Shown here piece by piece: positions 38,541 to 48,098 of a stretch of 64,000 bases of DNA. Under the pieces are notes generated by a model. That model saw only the letters and a list, made by a program, of their open reading frames with translations, was not told the DNA's origin and ran no database searches. Origin of the DNA: Gemmatimonadales bacterium (GTDB lineage: Bacteria; Gemmatimonadota; Gemmatimonadetes; Gemmatimonadales; GWC2-71-9); contig JBFJCP010000011.1 in the NCBI GenBank assembly GCA_041615815.1, forward strand, positions 1 to 64,000, in the 5' to 3' direction. Each line of letters opens with the position of its first letter. Position 1 is the first letter of the stretch. A program made the position numbers and the translations under genes.

Positions 38541-39378
38541 CAGCGAATCGCGAAGGTATCGGACCGCGGTCCTCGCGGCAACGCTCCTCGAGCGCCTCCA
38601 CGACCTCCTCGACCGCGACCGGACGCAACGGCATCCCCAAGGCACGAGCAACGTCCACGCTGGGGGGTGCCTCGAGATCCAGCCCTTCGAGACGGTCCGC
38701 GTCCCACAACAATGCCCGCGAATCACCGTCGTAGGCCAGGACACCATCGACGAGTACCAGGCTGCGTTCCAGCGCCTCCGCGACGAACGCGAGGTCCTGG
38801 CTCACCGCCAACACGGCCACACCCTCACTGGTCACCTCGCGAACGATGCGGCTCACTCGGTCGCGACCAGCTCGGTCGAGCCCCTGCGTCGGCTCGTCCA
38901 TGACGAGCACCCGGGCTCGCTGGGCCAGCGCCGCCGCCAGTGCCACGAGCTTCCGCTCGGCCGGAGCCAGGTCATATGGATGCGTGCCAACGACGGAAGA
39001 GAGCCCTACCCGCGCGAGTGCGTCAGCCGCCACCTCACGCGCCTCGGTGTCGCTCTGGCCGAGCTGCCGGGGAGCAAACGCCACCTCCTCCAGCACTGTC
39101 CGTGCGAACAATTGTTGGTCGGCATGCTGAAACAGGTACGCGGTCCAATTGGCCACGTCTTCGGGCTTCTTCCCCGACGTTGGTTGCTCGCCAAGCCACA
39201 CCGTGCCGCGAACCGGCTGGAGCAGCGCGACCACCAGCTTGGTGAGAGTCGTCTTACCCGCGCCGTTCCTGCCCAGCAACGCCACGGCTTCGCCAGCCCG
39301 GAGCGTCAGCGACGCGCCGCGAAGTACGGACTCGGCGCCATAGGAGAACCAGACATCGTCCAAACGAACGGCCGTCAC
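38527..39378 (-). CDS. ECF transporter ATPase (A')
   Basis: Walker A GRNGAGKTT, LFQ..DQQLF, Walker B LVMDEP; signature degenerate (LAPAE). Confidence 0.9.
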   Translation of the reverse strand: MTAVRLDDVWFSYGAESVLRGASLTLRAGEAVALLGRNGAGKTTLTKLVVALLQPVRGTVWLGEQPTSGKKPEDVANWTAYLFQHADQQLFARTVLEEVAFAPRQLGQSDTEAREVAADALARVGLSSVVGTHPYDLAPAERKLVALAAALAQRARVLVMDEPTQGLDRAGRDRVSRIVREVTSEGVAVLAVSQDLAFVAEALERSLVLVDGVLAYDGDSRALLWDADRLEGLDLEAPPSVDVARALGMPLRPVAVEEVVEALEERCREDRGPIPSRFADDQS

Positions 39379-40193
39379 CGCCGGTACCGGACTGCGAGAT
39401 CGTCGACGGTCACCGGGAATGGTGCCGGACAGCCGGCCCGGTACGCGATAGTGGCCGCCGTCGTGCTGGCCCCGGATTGAACGACCGGGAGCGTCGACAA
39501 GACGTCCGACGGGAGACCGTCGGATGCCAAATAGCCGCGGTCCATCACGAGGACCCGGTCGGATACGGACACGGCCCGATCGAGATCGGTGGTGGCGACG
39601 ACGACGGTATGACGCTGGGCGAGCGCGGGCAGGAGAGCGTACACCTCTCGAGCCGCTAGCGGATCGAGCTCTTGGGCCGGTTCGTCGAGCAGCAACACGT
39701 CCGGTTGCACGCTGACCACCGCTGCAAACATGACCCGCTGCAACTCCCCACCTGACAGCGTTCGTGGATCCCGCTGAGCGAGGTGTTCGACATCCAACAG
39801 GTGGAGGGCAGCCTCTACCGCGTCCGTAATCCGAGCGCGAGGCCAGCCCAAGTTTGCAGGGCCGAAGGCCACCTCCTCACGGACCGTGAACGCCATCCCG
39901 GATAGCTGGGTCCAGGGCATCGGCAGGAGGACCCCCACCCGTCCGGCTAGCGCCTTGTGCCCCTCCTCCGTGGCCGGATCGTGTCCCAGCACCGACACCC
40001 GACCCTCCCGTAACCCTCCCGTGGTGTGCGGGGCCAGGCCGGCCATGGTAAGCAGCAGCGTGCTACAACCGGAGCCCAGAGCGCCGGTGACGAGCGTCAC
40101 CTGACCCACGGCGAACTCCGCCCCGATCCGGCGCAGAACTGGGGCCGCACCGCTGGGATACGTGAAGCTGACCTGCTCGAGCTCGATGCTCAT
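39375..40193 (-). CDS. ECF transporter ATPase (A), degenerate Walker A
   Basis: GALGSGCST (Lys to Cys), TVREEVAFGP.N.G, LSGGE, LLLDEP. Confidence 0.88.
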   Translation of the reverse strand: MSIELEQVSFTYPSGAAPVLRRIGAEFAVGQVTLVTGALGSGCSTLLLTMAGLAPHTTGGLREGRVSVLGHDPATEEGHKALAGRVGVLLPMPWTQLSGMAFTVREEVAFGPANLGWPRARITDAVEAALHLLDVEHLAQRDPRTLSGGELQRVMFAAVVSVQPDVLLLDEPAQELDPLAAREVYALLPALAQRHTVVVATTDLDRAVSVSDRVLVMDRGYLASDGLPSDVLSTLPVVQSGASTTAATIAYRAGCPAPFPVTVDDLAVRYRR

Positions 40194-40897
40194 CCGACGA
40201 TTCGAAACACGATGGCGAGCAAGGTGACCACCACCAGACCCCAGCGTACCACACGGTCGCGGGTCGTATCCAACGGCGGTGTAATTGCCGTGCGGGCTCG
40301 TCCGCCGGGACCCCGCGATTGGAGCGCGAAGGCCCGCGCATCCACTTCGGCCAGCGCCGCCAAGACGAGCGGCACGGCGAGAGGCACGATGGCTCTGACC
40401 CGTCGCGCAAGCGAGCCTCGGACTCTCAGCCCGCGACAGCGCTGCGCATCGAGGATGGCTCGGCCCTGTGCCTGAAGCCGGGGCACCGCCTGCAGCGTGG
40501 CCGCCAGGAGATAGCCCACCGCGAAGGGGACACCCCGATCCACCAGCGCATCGACCAGGCGGCCGGGGTGAATCGTGGCCAAAAGCATGAGAAACGCGAC
40601 AACCATCGTCGTGATACGAGCACCGAAGACGAGGGCCCGACCCGGATCATCACCGATGACCGCGTGGATCAAGACCAGGAACAACCAGACGGGAGCCACG
40701 ATGATGGCCGCCGGAAGGAGCACTCTCGGAATCCCGGCCAACACGGCGAGAGCCACATATACCCCGACGAGGGCGAGGGTGCCCTCGGGACTCGGGAGGG
40801 TAAACGTCAACACCATCGCGACCCCCACCACCGTGGTCGTCGTGAAGGGGTGTGCCCGATGGAGCACCCCCGTGCCGGGCTGGTACCCGACGATCAC
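40190..40897 (-). CDS. ECF transporter T component
   Basis: LHRAHP, AQRCRG and ALQSRG Arg motifs of EcfT/CbiQ. Confidence 0.88.
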   Translation of the reverse strand: MIVGYQPGTGVLHRAHPFTTTTVVGVAMVLTFTLPSPEGTLALVGVYVALAVLAGIPRVLLPAAIIVAPVWLFLVLIHAVIGDDPGRALVFGARITTMVVAFLMLLATIHPGRLVDALVDRGVPFAVGYLLAATLQAVPRLQAQGRAILDAQRCRGLRVRGSLARRVRAIVPLAVPLVLAALAEVDARAFALQSRGPGGRARTAITPPLDTTRDRVVRWGLVVVTLLAIVFRIVG

Positions 40898-41469
40898 GCC
40901 CGACCGAGCGCCCGTGTCACGACGGGGAAGCGCGCCTTCATGCGGTCGGGGAGCGACGTCAAGACCGTTCGAACGAGGAGGAAGGTCACGGTCTTGTCGA
41001 TGACGTCACTCACGAGGCCTCCCAAGAGGACAGACCATCCGAGGGAAACGCCAGCACCGCGAAGCGCCGTGATCACGGCAGAGACCCCGCCACCGGTGAC
41101 ACCCCCGAATATGTAGAAGGAAATGGGCCATGACAGCACGGCCGCCACGATCCCGAGCCCGATCCCTCCCGCCAGCGTCGTCGGAACGCTGCGAAAAACG
41201 CCCAGCCGGGCACTCATACCGGCGTAAATCGCAACGGCCAGCTGCACGGGTAGAAACCACAGCCACGTGAAGTTGCCGCTCACCACCGTGAACACGAGCT
41301 GTGAGAGAAAGCCTGTGGCCAACGCCACCCACGTTCCGCTCAAACCTGCGACGAGCACCGTGCCGACGGTGTCGAGGAATATCGGGAGGTGGATGACAGC
41401 AGTAATCTGTCCGAGCGCAAGATTGATTCCCACCGCAAGAGGAATCAGGGCAAGTGACTGAGGAGACAC
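40894..41469 (-). CDS. ECF transporter S component (substrate unknown)
   Basis: About 190 aa and hydrophobic; IPLAVGIN...LPIFLDTVGT, D..DK; first gene of an S-T-A-A' operon. Confidence 0.83.
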   Translation of the reverse strand: MSPQSLALIPLAVGINLALGQITAVIHLPIFLDTVGTVLVAGLSGTWVALATGFLSQLVFTVVSGNFTWLWFLPVQLAVAIYAGMSARLGVFRSVPTTLAGGIGLGIVAAVLSWPISFYIFGGVTGGGVSAVITALRGAGVSLGWSVLLGGLVSDVIDKTVTFLLVRTVLTSLPDRMKARFPVVTRALGRA

Positions 41470-41535
41470 CGTTCTGCCGTCATGGTTAGATTTCGCGATC
41501 GATTCCCGTTACACCGACAGTCAAAGATAGACGAT

Positions 41536-42813
41536 ATGAGACGCGTTCCTAGCGCATTGATCGTGGGGTTAGCCCTAGCTCTTCACGCCTCGCTCCCGAC
41601 TCCTGGCACCGCCCAGCGGACGGCTGATCCGACCCAGCTCGCCGCCCATCTCTCGTATCTGTCCGCTGATGCGCGAGAGGGACGGGGCATCGGGACGGTG
41701 GGTCTCGATTCTGCGGCGTCCTATCTCGCGCAGACATTCGCTTCGCTCGGACTACAAATGCCAGGTTCGGGGGGCTTCTTCCAGACCTTCACCATCGACC
41801 CGTCCGCCACGATGGCCGCTCACAGCGACATCGGCAACGAGACCGTGCGAAATGTGGTGGGCATCCTCCCCGGCAGCGGGGCGCTCGCCGAGCAGGCGAT
41901 CGTGATCGGAGCCCATTACGACCACCTGGGCTATGGCGGCTCCGGGAGCCTCGATCCGGACAGCGCCGGCGTGATCCACAACGGTGCGGACGATAATGCC
42001 TCGGGCACGGCGGCCCTGCTCGAGGTAGCCCGACTCCTCGCGCAGCGCGAGGCCGGGCATCGCCGAACCCTGATCTTCGTTGCGTTCACCGCCGAGGAAC
42101 TGGGTTTGATCGGGTCCGCTCACTATGTCAAGAACCCTCCGGTGCCGCTCTCCTCGACCTACGCCATGATCAATTTCGACATGGTGGGTCGGTTGCGGGA
42201 CGGTAGACTGCTCGCGATTGGAACGGGGTCGGCACGAGAGCTGCCACAGCTCTTGGAGGCCGTGAACGGGACCCACGGCCTTACCCTCCGGCCGGTCGAG
42301 GACCCCTGGGGCCGAAGCGACCATTCCTCGTTCTATGGCGAGTCCGTTCCCGTTCTGCATTTCTTTACGGACACACACGAGGACTACCACCGCACCACGG
42401 ACGACTGGCCCAAGCTCAACATCGATGGCCTCGCTCGGATCGCGGAATTCGCCGCCGATCTCGTGTGGACGTTGGCGACGCGTGACGAGTCGCTGACCTT
42501 CGTGAATGTGCCACGGCCACCTCCGGCAACTGGCGGTGGTGGGTACGGAACCTACCTGGGCACCATTCCCGATATGAGCGAGTCTCCCGGCGGTGTCCGC
42601 CTGACGGGAGTGCGGGCAGGCAGTCCGGCCGAAGCCGCGGGTCTTCGCAAGGGCGACATTCTCATTCAGCTTGGCGAGCACACGATTGGCAATCTCTACG
42701 ACATGGTGGAGGCGCTGCGGGCGTATAAACCCGGCGAGGTGGTCACCCTGGTAGTGCTCCGAGACGGCGAGCGGATCGAAGCCACCGCGACCCTGGATCG
42801 GCGAGGTGGCTGA
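41536..42813 (+). CDS. M28 family peptidase with C-terminal PDZ domain
   Basis: Signal peptide; GAHYDHLG, GADDNASG, AEELGLIGS, NFDMVGR, SDH, HEDYH; YLGTIPD...SPAEAAGL..GD PDZ domain. Confidence 0.93.
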   Translation: MRRVPSALIVGLALALHASLPTPGTAQRTADPTQLAAHLSYLSADAREGRGIGTVGLDSAASYLAQTFASLGLQMPGSGGFFQTFTIDPSATMAAHSDIGNETVRNVVGILPGSGALAEQAIVIGAHYDHLGYGGSGSLDPDSAGVIHNGADDNASGTAALLEVARLLAQREAGHRRTLIFVAFTAEELGLIGSAHYVKNPPVPLSSTYAMINFDMVGRLRDGRLLAIGTGSARELPQLLEAVNGTHGLTLRPVEDPWGRSDHSSFYGESVPVLHFFTDTHEDYHRTTDDWPKLNIDGLARIAEFAADLVWTLATRDESLTFVNVPRPPPATGGGGYGTYLGTIPDMSESPGGVRLTGVRAGSPAEAAGLRKGDILIQLGEHTIGNLYDMVEALRAYKPGEVVTLVVLRDGERIEATATLDRRGG

Positions 42814-43267
42814 GGCGGTCCTCAAGGCGGATCCCGTGGTCCGAGCCTTACATGCTGCGTTCTGCCGTGACGTCTCTCGCCAAGAGCTGCTCCAGCTGGC
42901 GGCGACCCGAATGCAGGCGTCCGGACCTCCGTACACCGGTGTCTACCTTTACATGCTCCACGAGCACGAGCTCGTGCTCGAAGCCTTCGCGGGACGGCCC
43001 ACGGACCTCACGCGCATCCCCGTGGGCACCGGGATCTGCGGACAGGCGATAACCGAGAAGCAAGACCTCAACATCCCCGACGTTCGACAAGCGGACGGGT
43101 ACCTCGCGTGCAGCATCGAGACCCGTTCCGAGCTCGTCGTCCTCATCCGACGCCACGAGGAAATCCTCGGCGAGATCGACATCGACAGCGACCTCCTCGA
43201 CGGGTTCTCCGAAGTTGAGGTGCGGTCGGTCCGCGAGGTGGCGAACGCCATCGCCACGCTCCTCTGA
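42806..43267 (+). CDS. GAF domain protein, free methionine-R-sulfoxide reductase (MsrC)-like
   Basis: RIPVGTGICG, YLACS..TRSELVV, EIDIDS. Confidence 0.8.
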   Translation: MAEAVLKADPVVRALHAAFCRDVSRQELLQLAATRMQASGPPYTGVYLYMLHEHELVLEAFAGRPTDLTRIPVGTGICGQAITEKQDLNIPDVRQADGYLACSIETRSELVVLIRRHEEILGEIDIDSDLLDGFSEVEVRSVREVANAIATLL

Positions 43268-43280
43268 GGTCCCGAAGCCG

Positions 43281-44123
43281 TTGATCCCCACTGAGCAAAC
43301 GATCCGCGTCCGTGGCGTTGAGATCTTCACGCGTCTCGTGGGGAGCGGTCCGGATGTAATCGTGCTGCATGGGGGCCCGGGCGCACACCACGATTATCTA
43401 CTCCCGCAATACGACGCACTGGCACGCCGTCGCTGTCTTCGGTATTACGACCAGCGGGGCGGCGGGCGCTCTCCCGTGTCGAGGGAGACGCCGGTGGGAT
43501 GGCGTGAGCACGTCGCGGATTTGGACGCCCTCCTCGACCACTGGGCGCTTGCATCGGCAACCCTGCTGGGATACTCCTGGGGCGGCCTACTGGCTTTGCT
43601 GTACGCCACGACCCACCCCGAGCGAGTGACGCGCCTGGCCTTGGTGTCTCCGGCCCCGATTGTGGTCGGCGACCGACACGAGTTCGAACGACGGTTCGCC
43701 GCGCGGTCCAATGCACCGCTCATTCAAGAGCGTAGAGCCGCACTCCGATCGTCAGGGCTCAGAGAACGAGATCCCGCGACCTACCGCCGGCGTCTCTTCG
43801 AGCTTTCCGTGGCGGGATATTTTGCGGACCCGGATCGCGTGCAGGAGCTCACCCCTTTCCGCGTCACAGAACGTACTCAACGCGCCGTGTGGCAGAGTCT
43901 CGGGGAGTACGACTTGCGCGCACAGGTTGCAGACCTCGCCGTGCCCGCGTTGGTGATGCACGGTCGGCACGACCCGATCCCATTCGACTCGGCCCAACGC
44001 ACGGCAACCCTCTTGCAGGCGCAGTTCGTGCCCATGGAGCACTCTGGCCATGCACCGCACGTGGAGGAACGCGCGCGTTTCGTCGAACAGCTCGACGCAT
44101 TCCTGCCTGCTACCGGTGAGTAG
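43281..44123 (+). CDS. Alpha/beta hydrolase (proline iminopeptidase-like)
   Basis: LHGGPG, YDQRGGGRS, GYSWGG nucleophile motif, G.HD, SGHAPH; start approximate. Confidence 0.88.
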   Translation: MIPTEQTIRVRGVEIFTRLVGSGPDVIVLHGGPGAHHDYLLPQYDALARRRCLRYYDQRGGGRSPVSRETPVGWREHVADLDALLDHWALASATLLGYSWGGLLALLYATTHPERVTRLALVSPAPIVVGDRHEFERRFAARSNAPLIQERRAALRSSGLRERDPATYRRRLFELSVAGYFADPDRVQELTPFRVTERTQRAVWQSLGEYDLRAQVADLAVPALVMHGRHDPIPFDSAQRTATLLQAQFVPMEHSGHAPHVEERARFVEQLDAFLPATGE

Positions 44124-44781
44124 AACCACCCCCTTCGCTGTCGCCTTCGCAGGGTTGGTGGAACGTTTCGAGACCATCCAGCGTGAGGCGAAGACGGCGG
44201 GGGGGGACCTGACCGACCGGGTCCAATTTGCCAAGCTGCCAACGGTCCAACGTCTGCTCTCCGATGTCGCACAACCCGAGCTGCTCGAAGCTCATCCGGA
44301 TGCCGCGGACGAGTATCTCACCAGTATCTTTATCGGCTTCCGCTTCTGGGAAGCCGGTCAACCGATTGTCGCGATCGACAAACAGCGGTTCGAGCAGCAA
44401 CTGCACACCTCCGCGCCGGCAGACGTGCCCACGGTTCCGGGCGATGTGTGCTACCTACAATGGCCGCAACGGTGGTTTTGGGCACAGATTGCCCCCGATG
44501 CTCCACACGAGCCCCTCGACGGGGTGTTTGTGGCGGGGTCCGGCCCACGAGGCGAGCGAACCGTGATGGCGGTCCTCGGACTGCGCCCCGAGCGCCACGG
44601 CTTCAGCCAGCTCGTCGTTCGGGCAACCCCGCATGACTTTCTCGCGGCGCATCGAGAGCTTCGCTCGCCTCCGTTCAGCCCTACACTAGAGGGGGGGAAC
44701 GCCGCGGGCCTTCGCTCGCTGGTTTCCGTCGCCGAACTCCTTCACCTCGTCCTTCTCGCGCTCACTCACGCCACTGAGTAG
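44116..44781 (+). CDS. Hypothetical protein
   Basis: Fills the gap between the hydrolase and PolX genes with an overlapping GTG start; plausible composition (CYLQWP...W...HEPLDGVFV). Confidence 0.65.
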   Translation: MSRTTPFAVAFAGLVERFETIQREAKTAGGDLTDRVQFAKLPTVQRLLSDVAQPELLEAHPDAADEYLTSIFIGFRFWEAGQPIVAIDKQRFEQQLHTSAPADVPTVPGDVCYLQWPQRWFWAQIAPDAPHEPLDGVFVAGSGPRGERTVMAVLGLRPERHGFSQLVVRATPHDFLAAHRELRSPPFSPTLEGGNAAGLRSLVSVAELLHLVLLALTHATE

Positions 44782-44797
44782 GTTCTTCGTAGCGGCC

Positions 44798-46525
44798 ATG
44801 GACAAGAAAGAAGTCGCCAGCACGCTGGAAGAAATCGCAGCGTATCTGGAGTTGAAAGGAGAGGACCAGTTCCGCGTGCGGGCGTACCAAACGGCCGCAC
44901 GTGCCATCGCCGCCTTCCAGGGAGACCTCCGAGAGGCCCTTACCACCGGTCAGCTCGCCGAGCTCAAAGGGGTCGGTCCCACGACGCTCGACATCGTCAC
45001 CCATGTGCTTTCCACGGGTACCAGCCCCGTTCTCGAGCAGCTGCGCGATCGGATTCCCCATGGGCTCGTCGAGATGCTCCGCATCCCGGGGCTCGGTGTG
45101 AACAAGATCCGGCAGATTCACGACACTCTCGCGATCGACTCCCTCGGAGAGTTGGAGACGGCAGCGCTCGACGGCCGTCTGGCCAAGTTGCCGCGGTTTG
45201 GGCCCAGGACCGCCGAGAAGGTCCTCCGGGGAATCCAATTCGTCCGCCAGGTCAGCGAGTTTCGGCTGCTCCACCACGCGCGTCAGGAGGCAGCGGCGCT
45301 GGCCGCCGCGCTCGCGGAGATGCCCGGCGTCGTCCAGGCCACGGTCGCCGGGAGTGTCCGGCGATGGCGGGAGTTGATTCGGGATCTGGATTTCGTGGTG
45401 GAGACCGACGGCCCGGCGTCAGGCCTCGTTGATCGACTCGGCATGGCGCCGGGCGTTCGTGAATTCGTGCTCCAGCACGACCGGGCGGTCACCCTCCGAT
45501 TCTCCAGCGGCACGGTGGCGGATGTGTACTTCGCCTCGGCGGCCGACCGGGGATTCCAACTGCTGCGCGCCACCGGCTCCGGCGAGCACCTCGTGGCGCT
45601 CAAGGCCCGCGCCGAGGCTCTTGGACTCCAATGGAGCGATCAGGGACTCATGCGCGGCCGCACGCTCCTCGTCACACGCAGCGAGCACGATGTCTATGAC
45701 CTCCTGGGACTACGGTACATCCCCCCCGAGCTGCGAGAAGGAAACGGAGAGGTGGAGGCCGCGGAGAAGGATCACCTTCCGGCGTTGATCGACGTCGACG
45801 ACTTGCTGGGGTTTCTCCACTGCCATTCCAACTATTCGGACGGCGGGAGTACGGTGGCGGAATGGGCGGACGCCTGTCGAGCAGCGGGATACGCGTACAT
45901 GGGGATCACCGATCACAGCGAAGCCGCCGCCTACGCCGGTGGGTTGGCTGCAGACCGGGTCGCCGCCCAGCATGCCGAAATCGATCAGGTCAATCGTCGA
46001 TACACGGACTTTCGCGTCCTGAAAGGCGTTGAAGTCGACATTCTGGCGGATGGCTCCCTGGATTACACAGCGGAAATCCGGGCGACCTTCGATTTCATCA
46101 TCGCGTCAATTCACACCCGTTTCGGGATGGGGAAGCGGGAGATGACCGATCGTATACTCACCGCCATGGACGATCCCTCCATGAGCATCCTGGGACATCC
46201 CACTGGCCGTTTACTGTTGTCCCGAGAACCGTATCCCATCGACTTGGACGCAATCTTCGAAAAGGCGGCCGCGGTGGGTGTTGCGATCGAGATCAATGCG
46301 GACCCACAGCGCCTCGATCTGGATTGGCGAGTGGCGCGCCGGGCGGCAGCGAAAGGTGTCACGATCTCCATCGGGGCGGATGCCCACAGCGTCACTGGCA
46401 TGGAACACATGGATCTCGGCATCGGCATTGCCCGCAAAGGCTGGCTCGCCCCGAACCAAGTGCTCAACGCCCTTCCCGTCGACGCCTTTCTCGAGCGTGT
46501 GGCCCGCCGGAGAGCAGCTCGATGA
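44798..46525 (+). CDS. polX: DNA polymerase X / PHP 3'-5' exonuclease
   Basis: FRVRAY, HhH motifs GVG/GLG/FG, GSVRR, DLD, TGS, IPPELRE; PHP motifs HCHS..SDG, TDHS, HPTGR, ADAH. Confidence 0.95.
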   Translation: MDKKEVASTLEEIAAYLELKGEDQFRVRAYQTAARAIAAFQGDLREALTTGQLAELKGVGPTTLDIVTHVLSTGTSPVLEQLRDRIPHGLVEMLRIPGLGVNKIRQIHDTLAIDSLGELETAALDGRLAKLPRFGPRTAEKVLRGIQFVRQVSEFRLLHHARQEAAALAAALAEMPGVVQATVAGSVRRWRELIRDLDFVVETDGPASGLVDRLGMAPGVREFVLQHDRAVTLRFSSGTVADVYFASAADRGFQLLRATGSGEHLVALKARAEALGLQWSDQGLMRGRTLLVTRSEHDVYDLLGLRYIPPELREGNGEVEAAEKDHLPALIDVDDLLGFLHCHSNYSDGGSTVAEWADACRAAGYAYMGITDHSEAAAYAGGLAADRVAAQHAEIDQVNRRYTDFRVLKGVEVDILADGSLDYTAEIRATFDFIIASIHTRFGMGKREMTDRILTAMDDPSMSILGHPTGRLLLSREPYPIDLDAIFEKAAAVGVAIEINADPQRLDLDWRVARRAAAKGVTISIGADAHSVTGMEHMDLGIGIARKGWLAPNQVLNALPVDAFLERVARRRAAR

Positions 46526-47175
46526 CGATGCGGCCCAATCTGCGAAACGCGCCGAAACGGATCGGACCGATCATCCGGAAACTCAAGAAGCAGTATCCGG
46601 ACGCGAGATGTGCCCTCCATCATGAAGACGCACTGGAACTCCTCGTCGCCACGATCCTCAGTGCGCAGTGCACCGATGTGCGGGTGAACCTGGTGACGAA
46701 GCATGTTTTCCAGAAGTACCGATCGGCGTCCGATTACGCCGAAGCGAACCCAGCGGAGCTCGAGGAGGAGATCAAGTCAACCGGGTTCTACCGCAACAAG
46801 ACGAAATCCATCCTGGGAATGGCCCAAGCCCTGGTGAAAGAGCACGCCGGCAGGGTGCCGCGCACCATGGAAGACCTGGTAAAGCTCCCCGGTGTGGGAC
46901 GAAAGACCGCAAACGTGGTGCTCGGCAATGCGTTCGGCATCAACGAGGGGATCGTCGTCGATACACACGTCAAACGGATCGCCAACCGTCTCAAGCTCAC
47001 AAAACAGAGCGACCCCGTGAAGATCGAGCCGGATCTCATGAAGCTCGTCCCCCGAAAGGAGTGGGCCCTGTTCTCACACCTCGTGATCTTTCACGGGCGG
47101 CAGATATGCAGCGCCCGGAAGCCCAAGTGCGAGATCTGTCCAGTCAACACGCTTTGTCCCACTTCCTCCGTGTAA
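46522..47175 (+). CDS. nth: Endonuclease III
   Basis: LVATILSAQCTD.RVN, LPGVGRKTANVVL, VDTHV, C-x6-C-x2-C-x5-C Fe-S motif. Confidence 0.97.
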   Translation: MTMRPNLRNAPKRIGPIIRKLKKQYPDARCALHHEDALELLVATILSAQCTDVRVNLVTKHVFQKYRSASDYAEANPAELEEEIKSTGFYRNKTKSILGMAQALVKEHAGRVPRTMEDLVKLPGVGRKTANVVLGNAFGINEGIVVDTHVKRIANRLKLTKQSDPVKIEPDLMKLVPRKEWALFSHLVIFHGRQICSARKPKCEICPVNTLCPTSSV

Positions 47176-47197
47176 CGACGGCGCCGGTGATCAAATC

Positions 47198-47614
47198 ATG
47201 AAGATCGAGTTCGCCGTCGCCTGTGACTACGCGCTCGTCGATCAGCATGGGAAGCTCTCGGTGCTCGGCATCTTCCAGCATATCTGGGTGGCCCAGTTTC
47301 CTGCGGTCCATCGCCGCTTGTATCTCGTCATCCGCCTCAAGGGAACCCGCACCGAAGTGGGCGAGCACCCAGTGTCCATCTGCTTTCGTGACGAGGATGA
47401 CCACGACGTGTTGACGGGCCGAGGCACCGTCAATTTCTCCGAGCCTCCGGCCGGCGTTCTGGAGATCGAGGCCGGTGCCGTGCTCGTGTTCGACGTGCCG
47501 TTCGCGAAGGCGGGCCGTTATCGGTTCGAGATCACCGTGGACGAGGACGTGCGAACCGAGGTCCCCATCACGGTCGGCCATCGGCCTAGTTCACGCGCGC
47601 CTGAAGTCGCCTGA
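47198..47614 (+). CDS. DUF6941-like small beta-sandwich protein
   Basis: CDYA.VD..GKLSVLGIF..I....FP, F...GRYRFEI. Confidence 0.7.
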   Translation: MKIEFAVACDYALVDQHGKLSVLGIFQHIWVAQFPAVHRRLYLVIRLKGTRTEVGEHPVSICFRDEDDHDVLTGRGTVNFSEPPAGVLEIEAGAVLVFDVPFAKAGRYRFEITVDEDVRTEVPITVGHRPSSRAPEVA

Positions 47615-48062
47615 TGGCGGTCATCACGGGCAGATGACCCGGCATCTTGTCCGATGCTCGAGTCAGCTCCGCAAGCGCCTCGAGCAGCTCCCCACGACGT
47701 TCGTAGATGCGTGCGAGATTGACGTGCGGAAAGTGCGGGGCTTCGTATCGCGGGGCCTCGGTGGCTTGCTGCAGCCAGGCAATCGCTTCATCGTCGCGCC
47801 CCAACTGCATCAGGTACGCGCCAATGTCGTTGTACGGATTGCCAAACGTGGGGTCGACGACAATGGCACGCTTGCACTCGGCAATGGCCTCTTCATAGCG
47901 CCGCTGCATACTGTAGACCCATCCGAGGAACGTATGCGCTTCCGCGGTGGGCCGCGCGGCAATCGACGCTTGGTAAAGCCGGATGGCGTCGCCAAGATTG
48001 CCGGCTCGCTGGCACTCGTAGGCGCGCTGGAATAGCTTGAGCGCCTGCTCCGGGTCATTCAT
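47586..48062 (-). CDS. Tetratricopeptide repeat protein
   Basis: AEAHTFLGW, EAIAECKRAI.VDP.FGNPYNDIGAYL TPR pattern. Confidence 0.9.
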   Translation of the reverse strand: MNDPEQALKLFQRAYECQRAGNLGDAIRLYQASIAARPTAEAHTFLGWVYSMQRRYEEAIAECKRAIVVDPTFGNPYNDIGAYLMQLGRDDEAIAWLQQATEAPRYEAPHFPHVNLARIYERRGELLEALAELTRASDKMPGHLPVMTAIRRLQARVN

Positions 48063-48098
48063 ACACTAACTAGAGAAACTACCCTTCGCGCACGCCCC

